Source: a bacterium
GTDB taxonomy: Bacteria; SM23-31
DNA: 64,000 nucleotides
NCBI GenBank assembly: GCA_965249485.1
Contig: OZ252239.1
Span: forward strand, 32,001-96,000
Reading direction: 5' to 3'
The notes beneath the pieces are model-generated. The model was not told the DNA's origin and did not search any database. It saw nothing but the letters and a program-made list of their open reading frames with translations. Shown here in pieces: positions 53,396 through 61,459 of the stretch. Both the position numbers and the translations under genes were made by a program. Within the stretch, counting starts at the first letter, position 1. Each line of letters starts with the position of its first letter.

Positions 53396-54877
53396 GTGTT
53401 GAAAGATAGCTTCGTTACCAAGAGAGTATTATTGAGTTTACATTTCATAGTATGTATGGTGTTTGCAGTATCTATATCCAGTGCACAGGAAATAGGTCTG
53501 AATGCGAAAGCTCAACAAGAAATCATTCATCTGATCAGGAAGGAAAAACTTGACCTTATTCTGCCGGGAGCCATGCGCGACAACAATGTGGATATGTGGA
53601 TCCATGTCATTCGTGCTGGTTTCTCCGACCCGATGGCTTTGCATTTTGGATCGGTATCAGGTTATTTGATCTTTACAGACAGGGGAGGGGACAGGATTGA
53701 AAGGGCTCTTTTTGGCAGTGGAGGGCATCCCGATTTTTTTGACATTTTTGGCTCTATCGACGTTGAACGAGCCATTGCCGGTTATGATTTCGGCAAACAA
53801 GATCCCGGGGTCTACAACGAGATAACAGACTTTATTGCTGAACGTGATCCGAAAACGATCGCAGTCAATTCGTCCGAATGGCTTGCCGTGGCAGACGGGA
53901 TCTCATATACTCAATATCTGAAACTGGAAAAAATACTGGGGCCGAAATATTCGGCACGGATAGTGTCTGCTGAGAACGTGATCACTGATTTCAGGGTAAG
54001 AAGAGTGCAAAGGGAAATAATTGCTTTTGCAAATGCTACAGAGATACACCGCCAGATCCTTGAACGAGCTCTTTCCCGTGAGGTTATCACGCCCGGCGTA
54101 ACGACGCTGGGAGATGTAGGATGGTGGGTCCAGCAGCGGCTCTACGAAAACAATTTAATTAGAACTGATCGTGGTGATGGTATACTTCTCCCCCGGGTTC
54201 TTTATTCGGCACAATCCGAACCTATTGACCCGCCTGATGCCAGATGGTGGATCCATCACAATAATTATGTTTTACAGCGAGGTGATTTTTTCACGTATGA
54301 TCTTGGGCTCAAATATCTGGACTACTTCGCGACAGTTTTCAAACGCAATACATATATTATGAGAGAAGGGGAAACACATGTTCCCAGAAGTATACAATAC
54401 GCCTTTGACAAAGGGTTAGAAGCTCGTGCGATAATTCGTAAAAAGATAAAAGTAGGCAGAACAGGTGGCGAGACTATGGAAATTATTGTCTCAGCAATGG
54501 AAGAAGCAGGTTACATCTATACGCCCTTTACCGATATTGGCACTGAGGACTATAAGCTCATACAGAAAGTGCTGGCTAATACTGATAAATCCGGATTTAC
54601 CCTTGACCTTAACAGCCAGGGTATAAATAACGGAACCGCTACCACAGGAGGCACCTTTGTGTCCGTCGGTCCCTCAGTTTCGCCGTTCCGTTCAGACCGT
54701 GACAATTTGACATTCCAGGAGAATCATCTATTTTCACATGAATTTCAGGTACACACCAATCTTCCCGAAAGGCCCGGTTTTCCGATATCCATCAGTATAT
54801 CGGGTAATCATGTTCTAACAAGCCGGGGAGTTGAATTTCTCCATCCACCAAATGAGAAAATTTTACTGATCCATTGA
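53396..54877 (+). CDS. Secreted M24-like protein, three ligands substituted
   Basis: Relative to 36020..37450: QTD>ATV, DLH>DLN, NIE>SIS. Confidence 0.85.
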   Translation: MLKDSFVTKRVLLSLHFIVCMVFAVSISSAQEIGLNAKAQQEIIHLIRKEKLDLILPGAMRDNNVDMWIHVIRAGFSDPMALHFGSVSGYLIFTDRGGDRIERALFGSGGHPDFFDIFGSIDVERAIAGYDFGKQDPGVYNEITDFIAERDPKTIAVNSSEWLAVADGISYTQYLKLEKILGPKYSARIVSAENVITDFRVRRVQREIIAFANATEIHRQILERALSREVITPGVTTLGDVGWWVQQRLYENNLIRTDRGDGILLPRVLYSAQSEPIDPPDARWWIHHNNYVLQRGDFFTYDLGLKYLDYFATVFKRNTYIMREGETHVPRSIQYAFDKGLEARAIIRKKIKVGRTGGETMEIIVSAMEEAGYIYTPFTDIGTEDYKLIQKVLANTDKSGFTLDLNSQGINNGTATTGGTFVSVGPSVSPFRSDRDNLTFQENHLFSHEFQVHTNLPERPGFPISISISGNHVLTSRGVEFLHPPNEKILLIH

Positions 54878-55001
54878 GCTGCGACAAGTTTGAGAATGAA
54901 AAAATAGTTTTAGTATTAATCACAAATGATATTGAATGAGATATACTACAAAAAAGCCTTGATGGATTTTCTTCAGAGCTTATTAAACTAATCGCATTCT
55001 G

Positions 55002-55028
55002 ATCCTCGGGCTGTACGGTTTGCGAACC
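55002..55028 (+). repeat. 27-bp core repeat between convergent genes
   Basis: ATCCTCGGGCTGTACGGTTTGCGAACC. Confidence 0.9.
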
Positions 55029-55075
55029 TTTAAGTTGGAAATCATACAACAGGTCATCATTGCAATTTCAATCAG

Positions 55076-55105
55076 AAGGGGCTGACTTTTGTATAATCAG
55101 CCCTT
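55076..55105. terminator. Hairpin between convergent genes, possible terminator
   Basis: AAGGGGCTGA...TCAGCCCTT. Confidence 0.4.
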
Positions 55106-55227
55106 GATATCTTGAAGGGAAATTTAATAATTAAGATTCCATATTGTCCTGAAACGAGTCATAGGAACAATCACATCACAAATAACTCACAAAAAATTAA
55201 AAATCAATTCCTCTCCCAGGCTCGGGC

Positions 55228-56691
55228 TCATTTCATGAGTACAATTTTCTCATTGAGCGGTTGAATAAATTCAACTCCCTTGTTGGTTATTATTTGAGGA
55301 TTTGAAATATTAATGCAAAGTGGATAACCGGGTCTTTCAGCAATGTTCATATGGACCTGATATTCAAAAGCAAAGAGATTATTCTCTTGAATCATCAAAT
55401 GATCCCGGTCTCTCCGAAATGGCCCCATTGAGGGTCCCAAATCACCCAAAATACCAAAACTGTGATTGTCAATGGAAAATCCTACATAATCCATTCCTTT
55501 ACCGGCGAGTACCTTCTGTACCATTCTGTAGTCTTCATCTCCTTCTCTCGAACCGCCTCGAAGACGTTCCATTGAATCGGTAAAAGGTGTATGTTCATAA
55601 CCGGCATCTTCCATGAGTTTGATCATAGCCTCCATAGATTCCCCGGAGGTCATGCCGACTTTCATACCTTCCTTCATAATCCATTGACCGGCGATCGCTT
55701 TATCAAAGACTTTCTGTATGAATTCGGGAGCTCTTGTTTCTCCTTCTCTCAAGATATATACATGAATTTTTGTGTCTACTCCAAAGCCCATATAGCTGCC
55801 CCGGGGACCGCCACCTCCTCCGCCAACAAAGAAATCACCGCGCTGAAGAATGTAGTCTGGATTGGCTTGAATCCACCTGACAGAGGGTGGAAAATCTTTT
55901 TCTTGTTCTTGAGGTTTGGTACCTGCCGAATAGTAAAGCCGGCCGTTTATATCCCCAATCGTTGTTACACCCGGCTCGATTTTGGATATATTTTGTAATG
56001 CACGCTGGCGGGCCAGCGCCAATACTTCGGTCTGTGCCGCCACTTCCCTGCTCGTCCTTCTCACCACGAAATCTGTAATGACATTCTCTGCGGACACAAT
56101 TCTCTGAGAATATTTAGGCTCCAAAATCTTTTCCAGTTTCAAGTAAGAAGAATGTGAAATCCCATCAGCTTCGCGGAGCCAATCAGAAAAATTGACTGCA
56201 ATCGTTTGAGGATCCCGTTCGGCAACAAATTCTGTTATTTCATCGTAGACTTCTGGAATCGAAAATCCCTGTATGGGATCAGTATTGTTATAATTATAAC
56301 CGGTAAAAGCTCGTCGTAAATGCCAGGAACCTTCTACATCAATTTTTTCAACAGCTCCTGCTGGATTAGAAAACATTGAGCCGCCAAAAATAGCCCGTTC
56401 TATCCTGTCACCAAGATCGGTAAAGATTAAATAACCGGTGAATGACCCAAAATACACAGACAATGGATCTCCACCACGACTGACGTGAATCCACATATCT
56501 ACATTATTATCGCGCATGGCTCCCGGCAGAACAAGGTCAAGTTTATCGTTTCTCATCAGACGAAGAGCTTCTCTATCGGTCTCTACCGTACGTTGCGGAA
56601 GTGGGTTGAAGGAATCTCCACCTCTCTGTGCTATTGCATTAGGTACAGTGATCATCACAGCACATAAAAATATCATTATTCGAGATAGCAT
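55228..56691 (-). CDS. Secreted M24-like protein, incomplete metal site
   Basis: Paralog of 1131..2576 with FVGGGGG loop and NISNPQ. Confidence 0.85.
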   Translation of the reverse strand: MLSRIMIFLCAVMITVPNAIAQRGGDSFNPLPQRTVETDREALRLMRNDKLDLVLPGAMRDNNVDMWIHVSRGGDPLSVYFGSFTGYLIFTDLGDRIERAIFGGSMFSNPAGAVEKIDVEGSWHLRRAFTGYNYNNTDPIQGFSIPEVYDEITEFVAERDPQTIAVNFSDWLREADGISHSSYLKLEKILEPKYSQRIVSAENVITDFVVRRTSREVAAQTEVLALARQRALQNISKIEPGVTTIGDINGRLYYSAGTKPQEQEKDFPPSVRWIQANPDYILQRGDFFVGGGGGGPRGSYMGFGVDTKIHVYILREGETRAPEFIQKVFDKAIAGQWIMKEGMKVGMTSGESMEAMIKLMEDAGYEHTPFTDSMERLRGGSREGDEDYRMVQKVLAGKGMDYVGFSIDNHSFGILGDLGPSMGPFRRDRDHLMIQENNLFAFEYQVHMNIAERPGYPLCINISNPQIITNKGVEFIQPLNEKIVLMK

Positions 56692-56858
56692 AACTTACTC
56701 CATTTTAAATAAACAGTGGCATTGTGTTACTATTTTATTTGTGTTTTGTTTCAAGTGTGGTCAGGCGTTATGACATCAGGATTATTGCAGCGGATTGTTT
56801 ATGATTTTTATGCAACCTGGGTGCGTATTGTAAGAACATTTGTAGCACTCGTATGTAT

Positions 56859-56924
56859 ATAGTAAGGTATGCATTTTATTTTAACAAGTGAATTCTGCTC
56901 ACCGGGCGGTACGATTTGCAAAGC
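56859..56924. repeat. Promoter plus core repeat
   Basis: Minus strand TTGTTA-17-TACTAT (56859..56887); core CTCACCGGGCGGTACGATTTGCAAAGC (56898..56924). Confidence 0.85.
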
Positions 56925-56931
56925 TCAATAC

Positions 56932-58305
56932 TCAATGGATCAGTATAATTCCTTCATTGGGCGGTTGGATATTTTCTACTCCCCGGCTGGTAATAACTTG
57001 AGCGTTTGAAATATTTAAGGCTAATGGATAACCCGGTCTTTCGGCAATCTTCATATGGACCATATATTCAAATGCAAAAATATGATTCTCTTGAATTTTT
57101 AAACGAAACGTGTCCGGCCGAAACGGCCCCATAGAGGGTCCGACCTCACCGGTATTACCTAAAGCGTGATTATCGATGGAAAATCCCGGCTTATCGGTAG
57201 TAGCGAGCACCCTCCGGACCATTTGATAGTCTCGTGCGCCATTATCTGAAAAAGGTGTATGTATATACCCGGCATCTTCCATGGCTTTGATCATCGCCTT
57301 AAAAGATTCTCCGGCAGTCATGCCAACTCTCATATGCGGCCGCATAATCCATTGGCCTGCTATCGCCTTATCATAGACTTCCTGTAAAAAATTGGGGACT
57401 TTTGTTTCCCCTTTTCGTAAAATATATGCATAAATTTTAGAATCCACCTGAAAACCCATATGTTCATACCTTTCACCACGACCGCCATAAAATAAATCAC
57501 CACGCTGTAATGTGTAATGAGGTGAACTCGTTTCGGACATATCTGAAATAGCGGAATAGACAACCCGGGCACCTACTTCCCTTGCTGAGGTTGAACCCGG
57601 CACGATAGTATGTAAATTTTCTATAGCACGCTGTCGGGCCATTGTCAATAAATGGGTTTGTGCTGCAATTTCCCTGCTCGTCCTTCTCACCACGAAATCT
57701 GATATAACATTCTCTGCAGAAACCATTCTTGCAGAATATTTAGTCCCTAAGATCTTTTGCAGTTTCAAAAAGGAAGTATATGAAATCCCGTCTGCCAAAG
57801 GAAGCCATTCGGAAAAATTTACCGCGATCGTTTTCGGATCACGCTCGGCAACAAATTGTGTTATTTCATCGTAGACTTCGGGAATCGTAAAACTCTGACT
57901 CTTGTCCATATTGTTATAATTGTACCCGCCTAATGCCATATTTACATCGCGGGAGCCGCGTACGTCAATATTTTCAATAGCACCTGTATTAAAACCGAAC
58001 ATAGCCCGCTCGATCCTGTCCCCCAGGTCGGTAAAGATCAAATAACCGGAAGTCTCTCCAAAATGCGGGGCCAATTTATCTCCACTTTTTTGGTTAGCAA
58101 AAACCCCCTGTCCACGAGTGACATGGATCCACATGTCCGCATTATTGTCGCGCATGGCTCCCGGCAGAATAAGATCGAGTTTTTCGTTTCTTATCAGACG
58201 AAGGATTTCCGCTTCGGTTTCCGGTGTATATCCCTCTGGTTGCGCATAGACATTAAGTGCTGTAAAAAGCACAGATAGAGATAGTAACACAACTCGAGCT
58301 ATCAT
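56932..58305 (-). CDS. Secreted M24-like protein, incomplete metal site
   Basis: Paralog of 4203..5618. Confidence 0.85.
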   Translation of the reverse strand: MIARVVLLSLSVLFTALNVYAQPEGYTPETEAEILRLIRNEKLDLILPGAMRDNNADMWIHVTRGQGVFANQKSGDKLAPHFGETSGYLIFTDLGDRIERAMFGFNTGAIENIDVRGSRDVNMALGGYNYNNMDKSQSFTIPEVYDEITQFVAERDPKTIAVNFSEWLPLADGISYTSFLKLQKILGTKYSARMVSAENVISDFVVRRTSREIAAQTHLLTMARQRAIENLHTIVPGSTSAREVGARVVYSAISDMSETSSPHYTLQRGDLFYGGRGERYEHMGFQVDSKIYAYILRKGETKVPNFLQEVYDKAIAGQWIMRPHMRVGMTAGESFKAMIKAMEDAGYIHTPFSDNGARDYQMVRRVLATTDKPGFSIDNHALGNTGEVGPSMGPFRPDTFRLKIQENHIFAFEYMVHMKIAERPGYPLALNISNAQVITSRGVENIQPPNEGIILIH

Positions 58306-58360
58306 AGCTTGCTCCTCTCTCCTGACTTCTGGTGATAAATATTGCGATTTGTATTTTATG

Positions 58361-58387
58361 CTCCCCGGGCAGTACGATGTGCGAACC
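58361..58387 (+). repeat. 27-bp intergenic core repeat
   Basis: CTCCCCGGGCAGTACGATGTGCGAACC. Confidence 0.9.
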
Positions 58388-58485
58388 TTTATGCGTATGT
58401 ATCATACCCGGAGCGGTACAATGGTCTGAAAAATTTTCAAACAAACTATTACTTTCGTATTAGCAATATTCTGCAGAGTTTGGAA

Positions 58486-60468
58486 TTATTGAATATAATA
58501 CGGCTCCTTTTGCGGTGGATATATATACCCGACTCCATCTTCGGTGACATACGCGGGGTCATGAAACCATAAATTTAAATATTTCTCCTGGTGTTTTAAA
58601 CTTGCTAATGCCATATAGACAAAGAATTCAGTAGTAAAATGGTGAACGGGTGAAATTGTCCAATCCCGCATCCATGCCGGACCTAAAGGACCAATTCTGG
58701 CAGGGTAAGGATCCTCCTGGAGGCCATGAGCGTCGATAGCAACCTGGGTTTTTTCAGGATCCAGATCTTTGAAGTATAGCTGCCTGACATTAGCAATAAT
58801 CCCAACATCTGCAAGTTCCTTCTTGAGGATCTCATAGGTTTCACGGGCAGTACGCCCTACCTTGATATTATCTTCCATAACCGTACGGATTTTCCACGAA
58901 TCTGCCCAGATTTTTGCGAGTTCGGGAGGCAGCTCAGTCTCTCCTTTACGGAGCAGATAGGCATATCGTGCGTCTATTTGAATCAGGTCGCCTCTCTGGA
59001 ATACATAATCGGCAGGGGTAAAAATCCTTTCAGGTTTCATGGCAGTTGCACTGTTCTCAAGATCGCTGTTTTTGGTTTTACCCGCCACGATTTTAGCAAA
59101 ATCTCTATTGATACTTTCGTATCTTTCCTTGTATATTTGGTTATCTAATTCAATTCTGCTCGGCACTGCTTCCGCTAAGTAGTCCACTCTCAAATATTCT
59201 GCCGAGACAATCCTCTTCGCATATGTATCACCGACAGCTTTGACCAACAGGTTGTAGTCGGTATGTGAAATGCCGTCATTCCATACTGAGTCATCCACGG
59301 GAGGTCCCAGCTCGTTCCAGTAATTTACAGCAATGCGTTTGGGGTCCCGTTCCTCAACAAATTCTCCGACACCATTATATCGGTGATCATATTCGGATTC
59401 CGAACCTCCGGATATTACACTCCTGGATAGTGCTTCCCCGACAATGTCGTAATCTCCTGATTCTTCAACCACATCCGATTCATCACCGCTCCATCGAAGA
59501 CCGAGAACCGCCCGTTCGATCCTGTCACCACCACGGTCCGTGAAGATGAAAACACCGGAAGTACTGCCAAAAAAATCTGCAAGATGATCAGGATTCGTTT
59601 CTCTCAGTACATGAATCCACATGTCGATATTGTTCTTCCGCATGGCTTGTGGCAGAAGATTGTCAAACTCTTCCTGACGAATTTTATTCAGCAATTCCTT
59701 ATGACTTTCGTAATCTCGTTCCCAATCCCTGGACATTGTCATCTCAGTCGCTGCCGGTTCAACCCAACCGGACTCGCTCGGCACCGGTCTCGATAGGTAC
59801 TCTTTTGTCAGGTATTCAGAAGAGACAACCCTACTGGCATAGGTGTTACCGATAGCTTTGACCAGGAGGTTGAAGTCTGTATGCGAAATGCCGTCTCTTG
59901 AAGGTGTACCCGCGAGTGGTTCCAGCTCATCCCGGTAATTTACGGCAATGCGTTTGGGGTCTCGTTCCGCAACAAACTCGCCAATGCCTTTAAATCTGAA
60001 GTCATATTGTGACTCCGGGCCTCCCGGCATTTCTCTCTGGAACGTTGTCTCTCCGATTATGTCGTAAGCACCACATTCTTCAACCAATTTATGAGCCAAA
60101 CTGCTTGCCCTGCCGCTCGTACTCGGACCTTGTCTCCAACGAATTCCGAGAACCGCCCGTTCGATCCTGTCACCACCACGGTCTGTGAAAATGAAAACAC
60201 CGGAGGTACTGCCAAGGTGATCTGCACCAAAGGGATCAGGAATAGCTTCTCTCACTACATGAATCCACATGTCGATTTTGTTCTCCCGCATAACTTCTGG
60301 CAGCACGAGATCAAATTTTTCAAGACGAATTTGATTCATCAAATTCTTTCGAGCATTGTCTTCCTGAGCCTCTGCATCGGCTAATTCCATTTCGGTCGTT
60401 TCAGAACTACAGAAATTCAGAATAAAGGACACGGAAAGGATCACACAAAATATTTGTCGAGTAAACAT
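58486..60468 (-). CDS. M24-like protein with tandemly duplicated N-terminal domain, possible lipoprotein
   Basis: IDMWIHV..GSTSGVFIFTDRGGDRIERAVLG..RDPKRIAVNY..DGISHTD occurs twice. Confidence 0.85.
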   Translation of the reverse strand: MFTRQIFCVILSVSFILNFCSSETTEMELADAEAQEDNARKNLMNQIRLEKFDLVLPEVMRENKIDMWIHVVREAIPDPFGADHLGSTSGVFIFTDRGGDRIERAVLGIRWRQGPSTSGRASSLAHKLVEECGAYDIIGETTFQREMPGGPESQYDFRFKGIGEFVAERDPKRIAVNYRDELEPLAGTPSRDGISHTDFNLLVKAIGNTYASRVVSSEYLTKEYLSRPVPSESGWVEPAATEMTMSRDWERDYESHKELLNKIRQEEFDNLLPQAMRKNNIDMWIHVLRETNPDHLADFFGSTSGVFIFTDRGGDRIERAVLGLRWSGDESDVVEESGDYDIVGEALSRSVISGGSESEYDHRYNGVGEFVEERDPKRIAVNYWNELGPPVDDSVWNDGISHTDYNLLVKAVGDTYAKRIVSAEYLRVDYLAEAVPSRIELDNQIYKERYESINRDFAKIVAGKTKNSDLENSATAMKPERIFTPADYVFQRGDLIQIDARYAYLLRKGETELPPELAKIWADSWKIRTVMEDNIKVGRTARETYEILKKELADVGIIANVRQLYFKDLDPEKTQVAIDAHGLQEDPYPARIGPLGPAWMRDWTISPVHHFTTEFFVYMALASLKHQEKYLNLWFHDPAYVTEDGVGYIYPPQKEPYYIQ

Positions 60469-60601
60469 ACGAGAGTCTCCTTCATTGCGTATATATTCCT
60501 TATATTAATTCCCTATAAAGATTAATTGGGATTGTGTTGAATTTCGATACTATTGTAACATCGTGTGTATGTCGTCAGACACGTCGGACATTTTACGTTC
60601 A

Positions 60602-60667
60602 ATAGTAAGGTATGCATTTATCTTTTACAAGTGTTTTCAGCTCCCCGGGCTGTACGATTTTCAAACC
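60602..60667. repeat. Promoter plus core repeat
   Basis: Minus strand TTGTAA-17-TACTAT (60602..60630); core CTCCCCGGGCTGTACGATTTTCAAACC (60641..60667). Confidence 0.9.
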
Positions 60668-61036
60668 TATGAAGTATCATTACAATGTAGTATTCTTAAA
60701 AAGTGACGTGGAGAACATTGGTTAAAAGGCAGAACTTTTACACAAGTGCTTACTTCTGATAGATAAAAGTAACTTCCTGTTACTATCACTCAATATTTCC
60801 CAATTTGACGTATTGAATAGTTGTGTTAATGTTGCAATTATGACAAGACACGTATTGGTGATAATTGTTATGACCAGGAAAGAGCGATACAGCGAAATGA
60901 AAACCGGCTGATCAGGTTGGTAAGGCACTCTACAAGAATTACCGAAGAATTCATAGAAAATATAGGATATGAGACAGGTTTGAGTAAATGAAACGTCAGA
61001 CAGATATTGGGAGGAAAAAATAAGCAGAAAGTATGG

Positions 61037-61450
61037 CTAATGCATTACTCCTTGCTTTTCCTTTTGAAGAACTATTCCTAACAACACCATCAAAGATACT
61101 ATAAACAGAATCGAGGAAACTGAGATCGTGTCAAATATTTTTAACGAGCCGAAACATCCGCAGCTAAACTATTCTCCTCTGTAAAGATTGATCGCCTTTC
61201 CCGCCCCGAAGGCACCGAGCAATAAAATCAATATTGATATCACCCACGTCCTGAAAATATTCATAACTATTAAAATACCACACACAACTTCAACCATAGG
61301 TATCGTAAACATTGCGAAATAATTGAGTTCCGCCGGTAGAATCCCAAAACTCTCGACAGAGTGGTAAAATAGTTCATAATTGGAAATTTTAAAGCTCCCG
61401 GAGATAATAAAAAGTAACCCTAATACTACCCTTAATACTTTTAAGACCAT
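61037..61450 (-). pseudogene. MauE/DoxX family membrane protein with in-frame TAG at 61169
   Basis: RVVLGLLFIISGSFKI..E..CG..; the family motif SCGCFG follows the TAG in frame, next stop at 61037. Confidence 0.8.
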
Positions 61451-61459
61451 TGTATTCCT

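Noticed and set aside
704..56773. Recurrent antisense ORFs such as MSTLLSRIAPGRTRSS (704, 2380, 5416, 6959, 37263, 56516)
   Set aside because: Shadows of the conserved M24 N-terminus on the opposite strand.
26833..60667. CRISPR array reading of the 27-bp repeat
   Set aside because: Copies are degenerate and almost all separated by 0.7-4.6 kb containing genes; no cas genes.
60722..60928. Small ORF of 68 aa (also 10477..10686 and 46130..46450)
   Set aside because: No recognisable motifs or RBS; 46130..46450 overlaps the promoter and repeat module.
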